From Vibrio sp. SS-MA-C1-2 (GTDB lineage: Bacteria; Pseudomonadota; Gammaproteobacteria; Enterobacterales; Vibrionaceae), in assembly GCF_021513135.1 (NCBI RefSeq), contig NZ_CP090981.1:2692025-2716024 (forward strand): 24,000 bases of DNA, written 5' to 3'. Each line of letters opens with the position of its first letter. Position 1 is the stretch's first letter. Below the pieces are notes generated by a model. The model ran no database searches and was not told where the DNA came from. It saw only the letters and a program-made list of their open reading frames with translations. This document shows, piece after piece, positions 17,512 to 24,000 of the stretch. A program made the translations under genes and the position numbers.

Positions 17512-18227
17512 TTTAGATCTCCTGCTCGATTTAGCTCTGAAAGAGAGAGACTGCGAGTAAAATAGGGCTCTAACGTGGAATCATGACTAACAAAAATCAG
17601 CGTTGCTCCCACCTCTTTGACTTGAGCCATTAACACTTTAATAAATGCAACTCGATTATCGTGATCAAGAGAAGACGTTGGCTCATCAGCAATAATCAAT
17701 GATGGTTTACCCAATAGAGATCGAGCCGCAGCAACACGCTGTTGTTGACCAATACTAATTTCACTTACCTTTTTATGATGAAGATCAGCAGGAATATTGA
17801 GTTGGGTTAAAAGTGCTGCCGCATCCTCTTTTGGGGAACGATTGCAACTGGCTTTTCTCTTCTTGGAAAACTGACAAGATAGAACCACATTCTCAATAAC
17901 AGAAAGATAAGGCAACAAATTAAACTGTTGAAATATATAACCAACATGATCAGCGCGAAACTTATCAATTTGACTTGAACTCAATCGCGTTAAATCCTGC
18001 CCGAGAATAGAGATAGACCCACTTTCGGGCTGATTGATTCCCGTTAATAGGCTCAATAAGGTGGATTTTCCACTACCACTTGCGCCTTTAATAAAAAGAA
18101 GCTCTCCTTTATTAATATTTAAAGAGGGAATCGATAATGTCAGAGCACTATTTTTTGCCCATCTAAAAGTCACATTATCCAGAACCGCAATATTATTTTC
18201 TTCTGATTTATTGGTCATAACACTCAA
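17508..18227 (-). CDS. zrgB: ABC transporter ATP-binding protein (LolD/MacB-like)
   Basis: 239 aa. Walker A GASGSGKST, signature ISIGQQQR, Walker B LIIADEPTSSLD. The track start at 18227 is TTG; the ATG at 18218 is an alternative. Confidence 0.8.
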   Translation of the reverse strand: MSVMTNKSEENNIAVLDNVTFRWAKNSALTLSIPSLNINKGELLFIKGASGSGKSTLLSLLTGINQPESGSISILGQDLTRLSSSQIDKFRADHVGYIFQQFNLLPYLSVIENVVLSCQFSKKRKASCNRSPKEDAAALLTQLNIPADLHHKKVSEISIGQQQRVAAARSLLGKPSLIIADEPTSSLDHDNRVAFIKVLMAQVKEVGATLIFVSHDSTLEPYFTRSLSLSELNRAGDLK

Positions 18228-18243
18228 TCATTGGTCATTAAAT

Positions 18244-18278
18244 GTTCAATTAATCTTTCGTTAACGTATTAATTGAAC
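18244..18278. promoter_or_regulatory. Perfect 11-bp inverted repeat just upstream of zrgB
   Basis: GTTCAATTAAT-N13-ATTAATTGAAC, with the palindrome CGTTAACG in the spacer. It lies 17 nt upstream of the zrgB start. Its function (operator or RNA hairpin) is not known. Confidence 0.3.
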
Positions 18279-18340
18279 GCTATTATTTAATACTTTTTAT
18301 ATGAAATTTAATTAGCTAAAGTTTTAACCATTTAAAACAC

Positions 18341-18468
18341 TATACTCAAAGTAATTGGCGTTGCTAGTAGATGGCAAGTGAATGAGGCCCCATGAATATA
18401 GGTTTTCTATATAATTGGGGCGAACGAGCGTAGCCAACAACCGAGCAACTTCAAGTAAGAAGGGTATA
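18341..18468 (+). repeat. ERIC-like element, full-length copy 6, inside the zrgA-zrgB spacer
   Basis: TATACTCAAAGTAATTGGCGTTGCTAGTAGATGGCAAGTGAATGAGGCCCCATGAATATAGGTTTTCTATATAATTGGGGCGAACGAGCGTAGCCAACAACCGAGCAACTTCAAGTAAGAAGGGTATA. Confidence 0.85.
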
Positions 18469-18556
18469 GCTAATTAAAACTACAGACCTGCTTGGATTAA
18501 TCAATCTTTCAATTAAGCATTCCGTAGCCTTAAGTCTCAATTTTACACTAAATACA

Positions 18557-19288
18557 CTATTTGATAGAAAGTGTTGAGTTTGTCGGTGTTAATTCTTTAA
18601 GTAACTGCTTAGTTCCCGCTAAATAAGTCACTTTGATCTCTTTGGTATTGGTAAAGTGAGTAAACCACTGGGTAGAGATCTCTGTCAATGCATCGATATT
18701 GTCACACTGGTAAGTGTATTGAACAGAGAATGCACTATGGCCGCTATCGTGATCTGTATGGTCATCATGTCCGTGCTCATCGTGATCTGCGTGGTCGTCA
18801 TGCCCGTGCTCATCGTGATCTGCGTGGTCGTCATACCCGTGCTCATCATGATCTGCGTGGTCGTCATGCCCGTGTTCATCATGATCTGCGTGGTCGTCAT
18901 ACCCGTGCTCATCATGATCTGCGTGGTCGTCATGCTCGTGCTCATCATGATCCGCGTGGTCGTCATGATCAAATGGAGAGATAACCTGCTTACCAATCAC
19001 TTCACAATTCGCTTTCTTGGTTAGAGAAACAATCGATGAAGGCGTAGAAAGGAGATTAACGGCATTATTAACAATTGTCTGTTGATCACTATTTTTAGGC
19101 GCATGCTCAAAACCAATGATATCAGCACTTGGTGAATTAAACTCAAGTAGCAGTTGATTATTATCTTGAATAGCATACAACTCAACATGACCATGAACAT
19201 GAGCATCGTGCTGGATAAATTCTTCCGCGTTAACCGCGGTTGTTGCTGTTAATAAGCTTAAAAGTGTTAATTTATGAAGGTTTTTCAC
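18557..19288 (-). CDS. zrgA: DUF2796-type periplasmic His-rich metal-binding protein (ZrgA-like)
   Basis: 243 aa, GTG start with AGGGA RBS, and a signal peptide. Contains the HDAHVHGH motif and a central (DDHADHDEHG[HY]) x6-7 tract. It lies upstream of the ABC ATPase/permease/DUF3299 genes and downstream of a Zur box. Confidence 0.75.
   Translation of the reverse strand: MKNLHKLTLLSLLTATTAVNAEEFIQHDAHVHGHVELYAIQDNNQLLLEFNSPSADIIGFEHAPKNSDQQTIVNNAVNLLSTPSSIVSLTKKANCEVIGKQVISPFDHDDHADHDEHEHDDHADHDEHGYDDHADHDEHGHDDHADHDEHGYDDHADHDEHGHDDHADHDEHGHDDHTDHDSGHSAFSVQYTYQCDNIDALTEISTQWFTHFTNTKEIKVTYLAGTKQLLKELTPTNSTLSIK
18737..18970. repeat. In-frame 33-bp tandem repeat (~7 units) encoding the ZrgA His/Asp tract
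   Basis: Units GTGCTCATC[G/A]TGATCTGCGTGGTCGTCAT[G/A]CCC repeat head to tail, with 0-3 substitutions between neighbouring units. Confidence 0.9.
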
Positions 19289-19316
19289 GATGTTTTCCCT
19301 GTGCTAAAAAATTACT

Positions 19317-19335
19317 ATTGTTATATTATAACAAT
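19317..19335. promoter_or_regulatory. Zur box overlapping the zrgA promoter
   Basis: ATTGTTATATTATAACAAT is a perfect palindrome matching the gammaproteobacterial Zur consensus core (TGTTATA-N-TATAACA). It contains a TATAAT on the - strand and lies 29-47 nt upstream of the zrgA start. Confidence 0.8.
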
Positions 19336-19397
19336 TTAATACCATGAGGAAAGTAAAATTGACTGACAAAAGTACGACTTAAGTTCAGAGATACCAA

Positions 19398-19454
19398 AAA
19401 CCAAAAAACCCCAGTATCTGTATCAACTAAAAGTAATTGATAAAGATACTGGGG
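19398..19454 (-). terminator. Rho-independent terminator of tRNA-Ser
   Basis: On the - strand, CCCCAGTATCTtTATCAA...TTGATAcAGATACTGGGG forms an 11+6 bp stem followed by TTTTTTGGTTTTT. Confidence 0.85.
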
Positions 19455-19463
19455 TTCTAAATG

Positions 19464-19551
19464 TGGCGGTGAGTGAGAGATTCGAACTCTCGAAGGGTTG
19501 CCCCTTACACACTTTCCAGGCGTGCTCCTTCAGCCACTCGGACAACTCACC
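19464..19551 (-). tRNA. tRNA-Ser (anticodon GGA)
   Basis: The reverse complement is GGTGAGTTGTCCGAGTGGCTGAAGGAGCACGCCTGGAAAGTGTGTAAGGGGCAACCCTTCGAGAGTTCGAATCTCTCACTCACCGCCA. It has a long variable arm, anticodon loop CUGGAAA and an encoded CCA. It is near-identical in its arms to E. coli tRNA-Ser(GGA) as I recall it. Confidence 0.93.
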
Positions 19552-19580
19552 GAATATTCGCTGTTCGCGAATGAGGCGTT

Positions 19581-19609
19581 ACTATAGTGATATCTTTACA
19601 GAGGGTCAA
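19581..19609 (-). promoter_or_regulatory. Sigma70-type promoter for tRNA-Ser
   Basis: On the - strand: TTGACC, a 17-nt spacer, TATAGT, then a GC-rich discriminator (AACGCCTC). It sits ~30 nt upstream of the mature tRNA 5' end. Confidence 0.65.
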
Positions 19610-19777
19610 GCTATATCATTAAAAAACAAATCGTTTGATTAATTGATCAACAAAAAGCATTAAGCTCAAGGTGTTTTTTATCATTTTCTCCAAAGTGAAG
19701 AAGGTTTGACGCTTAAACCCTCTTCTATCTCAGAGATAAACTGATAGAATAACCAAAAACAACAATGAGACAAGTGA

Positions 19778-20358
19778 ATGCCAACTCCATTATCAGAAAT
19801 TTTATCACAACCAGAATTAAAAGATCGCCTACTCTCTGAGGATCAAATCACCGGTTTTGTGACCGCAATGGCGGCTGCACCTGAAATGATTAATCCATCT
19901 GAGTGGATCGCTTTTTTATGGGGGGGGGGGATGAAACGCCACCATTTAATGAAGCTGCTGATTTTGAAGCGTTCGCAGAAACTATTGTGAATCTGTGGAA
20001 TCAAGCGCGCTCATCACTTCTTGATGGTTCTTGGGTCTGGCCTGAAGGTTGTCAATTGGATGATGCTGAAATCGTCAATCAAGCTTGTCGTGACTTTTGT
20101 GAAGGTATTCTACAAGGCTGGCAATTAGCTCGCGATGATTGGGAAACCACACTACCTGAAGAGAGTGAAGACGGCGCCCTGCTAGGTGGTGTGATTTTAT
20201 CTGTCAGCTTACTGTTTGATCCTGAAACCGCGATGACGACTTTAGCACAACAAGGTCTAGAAGGTTTTGAACAACTTGAAGAAATTTACCAAGCGATGCC
20301 AACCATGCTATCAGGTATCACGATTCGTGCTGCTGAGCGTGTAGAGGCAAATCAATAA
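19778..20358 (+). pseudogene. UPF0149 family (YecA N-terminal domain / YgfB-like) gene interrupted by a frameshift in a G11 tract
   Basis: ORFs 19778..19990 and 19903..20358 are the two halves of one protein. ...EWIAFLWGGG | DETPPFNEAADFEAF... aligns with my recollection of E. coli YecA (...QWLVAVWGGADYVPRW...). A run of 9 or 12 G would restore the frame. Confidence 0.7.
19920..19930. repeat. Homopolymeric G11 tract
   Basis: Direct count: the g at 19920 plus ten g at 19921-19930. Confidence 0.95.
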
Positions 20359-20406
20359 ATTTCTCAGTCGCATTCTCTCTTATTCGAAATCTAGTTTAAA
20401 ATAAAT

Positions 20407-20456
20407 AAAAAGCAGCAGTTGATAACACGAATATGTTCCAACTGCTGCTTTTTTAT
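20407..20456. terminator. Bidirectional rho-independent terminator between the convergent UPF0149 gene and nadA
   Basis: AAGCAGCAGTTG-N17-CAACTGCTGCTT forms a 12-bp perfect stem, flanked by AAATAAAAA on the left and TTTTTAT on the right. Confidence 0.85.
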
Positions 20457-20520
20457 TTCGATCTTACGATGACTCGCTATCACTTAAACACATTTAAAAG
20501 AGACGCAGAGAGACTTAAAA

Positions 20521-21582
20521 TTAAGCGTTACCTTTTACTTTCAATTTTAACTCAGCGGCAAAATCTAACATACGGTTTAACGGAATTAACGACTTAACAC
20601 GAAGAGCATCATCGACTTCGATCTCATGTTCTTGTCCACCTTCACTTAATGCCGCTTCAATCGCTTTCAAGCCATTCATCGCCATCCAAGGACAATGTGC
20701 ACAACTACGACACGTTGCTCCATTCCCTCCTGTTGGCGCTTCCATTAACTCTTTTTCTGGTACTTCTTGCTGCATTTTGTAGAAGATCCCGCGATCGGTC
20801 GCCACAATCAATTTTTGGTTAGGTAGCGATTTAGCTGCGGCAATTAATTGACTGGTTGAACCCACAGCATCAGCAATCTTAACCACACTTGCAGGTGATT
20901 CAGGGTGAACTAAAATTGCGGCATCAGGATGAACGGCCTTTAGATCCATCAATGAACGAGCAGAAAATTCATCATGAACGATACATTCGCCTTGCCATAG
21001 CAGCATATCTGCACCGGTTTGATCGGCAATATAGCTACCTAAATGACGATCGGGGCCCCAAATGATTTTTTTACCTTCAGCATCTAAACTTTCAACAATT
21101 TCTAAAGCAATACTTGAAGTCACCACCCAATCAGCACGTGCTTTAACCGCAGCAGACGTATTGGCATAGACAACAACGGTATGATCAGGGTGAGCGTCAC
21201 AAAATTGGCTAAACTCATCAATCGGACAACCAAGATCAAGAGAACATTCAGCTTCTAGCGTTGGCATTAACACGGTTTTTTCTGGTGTTAAAATTTTAGC
21301 GGTTTCACCCATAAAACGAACACCAGCAACTAATAATGTTTTTGCTGGATGTTGATTACCAAAACGCGCCATTTCTAAAGAGTCAGCAACACAGCCACCT
21401 GTCTCTTCTGCTAAAGCTTGAATTTCAGGATCAGTGTAATAGTGAGCCACCAATACGGCATCTTTCTCAACTAATAATGCTTTAATTTTCTCTTTATATT
21501 GCTGCTTTTCAGCGTCACTTAGCTTTACCGGCTTCGGAGGAAATGGGTAAACAGCATATTTTGGATCATAGATTGTATTCAT
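20521..21582 (-). CDS. nadA: Quinolinate synthase
   Basis: Collinear with my recollection of E. coli NadA ([50 protein letters not shown]). I prefer the ATG at 21582 (MNTIYDPK...) over the track start at 21603, based on alignment with the E. coli N-terminus. Either start is possible. Confidence 0.92.
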   Translation of the reverse strand: MNTIYDPKYAVYPFPPKPVKLSDAEKQQYKEKIKALLVEKDAVLVAHYYTDPEIQALAEETGGCVADSLEMARFGNQHPAKTLLVAGVRFMGETAKILTPEKTVLMPTLEAECSLDLGCPIDEFSQFCDAHPDHTVVVYANTSAAVKARADWVVTSSIALEIVESLDAEGKKIIWGPDRHLGSYIADQTGADMLLWQGECIVHDEFSARSLMDLKAVHPDAAILVHPESPASVVKIADAVGSTSQLIAAAKSLPNQKLIVATDRGIFYKMQQEVPEKELMEAPTGGNGATCRSCAHCPWMAMNGLKAIEAALSEGGQEHEIEVDDALRVKSLIPLNRMLDFAAELKLKVKGNA

Positions 21583-21612
21583 GGTTATTCTCACAGTTTC
21601 CATCTGTTAATG

Positions 21613-21644
21613 TATACCCTACATATTTGGCATTGCTAGGTATA
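21613..21644 (+). repeat. Degenerate ERIC left-arm remnant in the nadA upstream region
   Basis: TATACCCTACATATTTGGCATTGCTAGGTATA versus the left arm TATACCTAAAATAATTGGCGTTGCTAGTAGG: about 17 of 23 positions match after one gap. Confidence 0.4.
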
Positions 21645-21810
21645 AAAGAGTTACATTAAAGTTGTATGTTAGTGCTTATTATTTTTAATTCTGACGAACA
21701 AGTAAAAAGAACAAAACCCAATGATAAGCTATTTAGAAAAAAGCGTCATCTATTGGGTTCAGTTTTAATATCAATTTATCCACCTAACTGCAATTTAGCT
21801 CTCTTAAGTT

Positions 21811-21850
21811 CAGTAACTTCAAGTAAGCAAAGCAAGTAAGAAGAGTTATA
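21811..21850 (+). repeat. ERIC right-arm remnant with a 13-nt internal duplication, overlapping the cpoB stop codon
   Basis: CAGTAACTTCAAGTAAGCAAAGCAAGTAAGAAGAGTTATA versus the right arm CAGCAACTTCAAGTAAGAAGGGTATA. The cpoB TAA is the complement of 21846-21848. Confidence 0.5.
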
Positions 21851-22570
21851 GGTTATTCATTTTTTGTTTAGCTTGTTGCGCTGTTGATGTATCAGCATAC
21901 TCATTAACTACCGATTGGTAATAGTTTTTTGCTGCTACTTTATCGCTGTTTTTCTCAGCAATAATACCTAATTTTAACAATGCATCGGCACGCTTCGAAG
22001 ACTTAGCGACAGCTGCAACCGCTTTAAAATTCGCTTCTGCATTTTTTAAGTCACTCTTAGAGAAATAGAGTTGACCTAACCAATAATGCGCATTGGGGGT
22101 ATAACTTGACTGAGGGTAAGTTTTAACAAAGCTATTAAATTGGACAATCGCTTGATCGTATTTTTTTCTTTTAAGATCAGATTGACCGCATGGTCATAAG
22201 CTTGGTTTTCACTCACATCCGCAGAATAGGTTTGATCGGTTTGAGTGTCAGTGGCAGCAGGTGCTGCTGGTTTACTTGAGAGTGCATCTAGTTCTCGATA
22301 AAGCTCTCGTTGACGCTCTACCATTTGACTGATGTCGTGACTATTGCGTTCAACAATCCCACGTAACTCATCCATCTCTTGACCTAACTGATCAAGATTA
22401 CGCTGCATCTCTATTTGCATCTGATTACGGGCATCAAGAAGCCGTTCAAGCTTTTCAATCGACGTAGAGCCTGAAGAGAGATCGCTGACTGGAGCAGGAG
22501 CAGCAGCTACAGGAGCTGCTGCACTCACAAGTAACACTAGCATGGTTCGACGCCAGAAGTTACTGTTCAT
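21846..22570 (-). pseudogene. cpoB: cpoB/ybgF (Tol-Pal-associated cell-division coordinator) interrupted by a frameshift at an A7 run
   Basis: The 22076..22570 ORF gives the signal peptide and coiled-coil N-domain, then runs into nonsense after ...AVNLILKEK. Shifting frame at GAAAAAAAT (T7 on + at 22161-22167) yields YDQAIVQFNSFVKTYPQSSYTPNAHYWLGQLYFSKSDLKNAEANFKAVAAVAKSSKRADALLKLGIIAEKNSDKVAAKNYYQSVVNEYADTSTAQQAKQKMNNL*. That sequence aligns with my recollection of the E. coli CpoB TPR domain. The total span of 725 nt is one short of a multiple of 3. Confidence 0.8.
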
Positions 22571-22645
22571 AGTTAATACCTTTCGGTTACTTTTATACTA
22601 ATGACTTTAAATCAAATGATGATAAAAAATTGCTAGTAAAAAGGA

Positions 22646-23170
22646 TTAGTATACGATAACTGCGCGACGGTTTTTAGCGTAATCGCTTGCAGTGTGGCCC
22701 ATAACTAGTGGCTTCTCTTCACCGTAGCTTACGATAGAAAGTTGGCTAGCTTGAACACCTAGACCTTGAAGATACTGAGATACCGCTTTCGCACGACGCT
22801 CGCCTAATGCAATGTTGTATTCTGGTGTACCGCGCTCATCGGCATGACCTTCGATAACTGCTTTAACGTTTGTGTTATCACGTAAGTATGCAGCATGAGC
22901 ACCTAACATGGCTTGGTAATCAGCACTGATTTCAGAGTTATCAAATGCGAAGAATACCGTTTGCTCTTGGCGTAGCATCTGCTCTTTCTGTTCCATTTCA
23001 GTCATACCAGAAGTTGCATTGTCAACAGGCGTTGTTACAACTGTAGATTGACCACCATTTGTAGTTTGAGTTGCAGCGCTTTGATCTGTTGCTTGATCTG
23101 AGCTACATGCAGCTAATGCTAGAACTGGTAGTGCTAGAGCTAGACTTTTTACGATTTTATTAAGTTGCAT
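22646..23170 (-). CDS. pal: Peptidoglycan-associated lipoprotein
   Basis: Starts at [22 protein letters not shown] (lipobox) with RBS AAGGAAA. The track start at 23215 is too far upstream. The C-terminal OmpA-like domain reads [19 protein letters not shown]...NRRAVIVY. Confidence 0.92.
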   Translation of the reverse strand: MQLNKIVKSLALALPVLALAACSSDQATDQSAATQTTNGGQSTVVTTPVDNATSGMTEMEQKEQMLRQEQTVFFAFDNSEISADYQAMLGAHAAYLRDNTNVKAVIEGHADERGTPEYNIALGERRAKAVSQYLQGLGVQASQLSIVSYGEEKPLVMGHTASDYAKNRRAVIVY

Positions 23171-23196
23171 ATTACTTTCCTTTATTTTAACGATGC

Positions 23197-24000
23197 TTAT
23201 AAATATGGTGACCAAGATGGTGATCTTACTCGACCATTTGTTGCTGGTAAACGAGCTTTAAATCGCCCATCAATGGATACTAATGATAAAACATTACCAG
23301 AACCGTATACGGAACTGTAAATCACCATGCTGCCATTTGGCGCTAAACTTGGTGATTCATCCAATCTTGTTTTGGTTAAGACTTGTACCGCACCGCTCTT
23401 TATATCTTGCTTTGCGATGTTATAACTACCGTTTGTCTGATTAACCATAATTAAATATTTGCCATCAGGTGTCAATTGCCCACCTAGATTTTGACTTCCC
23501 TGCCACGTCACACGCTGTACACGTTTATCTGCAAGATTTACACGATAAATTTGTGGGTTGCCACCACGGTCAGAAGTGAAAATCATCGATTGACCGTCAG
23601 GATCCCAAAACTGTTCAGTATTATTTGCGCGACCACGGGTAATTTGAGTCAGTTTTTTACTTGCTAAATCTAATGTATAAATTTGTAAACTTCCAGTTTT
23701 TGAAGATACAAATGATAAGGTTTTACCATCAGGCGAAAAAGCAGGTGAGCCATTATAACCTTTATATGACGCAACCATTTCACGCTTACCGGTGAACAGA
23801 TCTTGAACAAATAACTGAGCTCGACGATTTTCAAAGCTAACATAAGCCAATTGCTTACCATCTGGAGCCCAAGCTGGTGACATTAATGGCTCTTTAGAGC
23901 GTAAAACTAATCGTTCATTATAACCATCATAATCGGCTACACGTAACTGATAAGGGTATTCAGCAGCATCATCAATAACAACGTAGCTGATACGCGTTAA
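23197..24000 (-). CDS. tolB: Tol-Pal system beta-propeller protein TolB, C-terminal part (5' end outside the window)
   Basis: The frame is open to base 24000 (...[44 protein letters not shown]...), so the Met at 23883 is internal. PDG-containing beta-propeller repeats are present. It is followed by pal and cpoB, the canonical order. Confidence 0.92.
   Translation of the reverse strand, partial: LTRISYVVIDDAAEYPYQLRVADYDGYNERLVLRSKEPLMSPAWAPDGKQLAYVSFENRRAQLFVQDLFTGKREMVASYKGYNGSPAFSPDGKTLSFVSSKTGSLQIYTLDLASKKLTQITRGRANNTEQFWDPDGQSMIFTSDRGGNPQIYRVNLADKRVQRVTWQGSQNLGGQLTPDGKYLIMVNQTNGSYNIAKQDIKSGAVQVLTKTRLDESPSLAPNGSMVIYSSVYGSGNVLSLVSIDGRFKARLPATNGRVRSPSWSPYL

Noticed and set aside
805-18468. 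Whether the recurring ~128-bp repeats, or the 33-bp array at 18737-18970, form a CRISPR array
   Set aside because: The 128-bp copies are kilobases apart with genes between them. The 33-bp units are contiguous, with no spacers, and lie in frame inside a CDS. No cas genes are present.
18656-19024. Three long ORFs (18656..19024 +, 18685..18996 -, 18688..18984 +) overlapping zrgA
   Set aside because: They are stop-free only because of the 33-bp tandem repeat. Their products are low-complexity (MVIM/CVVV, TTTQIMMST, RGRHARAH) and lack plausible starts or RBS. The zrgA frame has a signal peptide, conserved flanking domains and a Zur-box promoter.
15759-19551. Genomic island integrated at the 3' end of tRNA-Ser(GGA)
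   Set aside because: There is no integrase, and I found no direct repeat of the tRNA 3' end elsewhere in the window. The adjacent genes (zrg, malXY) are ordinary chromosomal functions.
22161-22167. Programmed -1 ribosomal frameshift in cpoB (dnaX-like)
   Set aside because: A AAA AAT in this frame is a poor slippery heptamer for the A-site tRNA-Asn. I see no downstream stimulatory stem-loop and no upstream internal SD. It is kept only as a minor alternative within the frameshift finding.

Overview
AT-rich gammaproteobacterial chromosome segment. Synteny and protein sequences look Vibrionaceae-like, but that is inference only. Left to right: the 3' end of a RecQ-family helicase gene, a divergent SDR oxidoreductase / LysR regulator pair, a fused ABC exporter, and a coiled-coil lipoprotein. 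Next come a compact four-gene Csu-like (archaic/sigma-type) chaperone-usher pilus cluster, an ABM-domain monooxygenase, and malY-malX. These are followed by a zrgABCD-type zinc importer with a near-consensus Zur box; its ZrgA carries a His/Asp tract encoded by a 33-bp tandem repeat. The right end holds tRNA-Ser(GGA), a UPF0149 gene broken at a G11 tract, nadA, cpoB/ybgF broken at an A7 (T7 on +) tract, pal, and the 3' part of tolB. The clearest non-genic signal is a dense family of ~128-bp imperfect-palindrome ERIC-like intergenic elements: five full copies, one internally deleted short copy and several single-arm fragments. Some sit inside operons or directly against stop codons. I recognise no phage, integrase, CRISPR, toxin-antitoxin or known defence system. 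The candidates for something new are the divergent pilus cluster, the uncharacterised lipoprotein, the repeat family and the two homopolymer frameshifts, and none can be confirmed without database searches.
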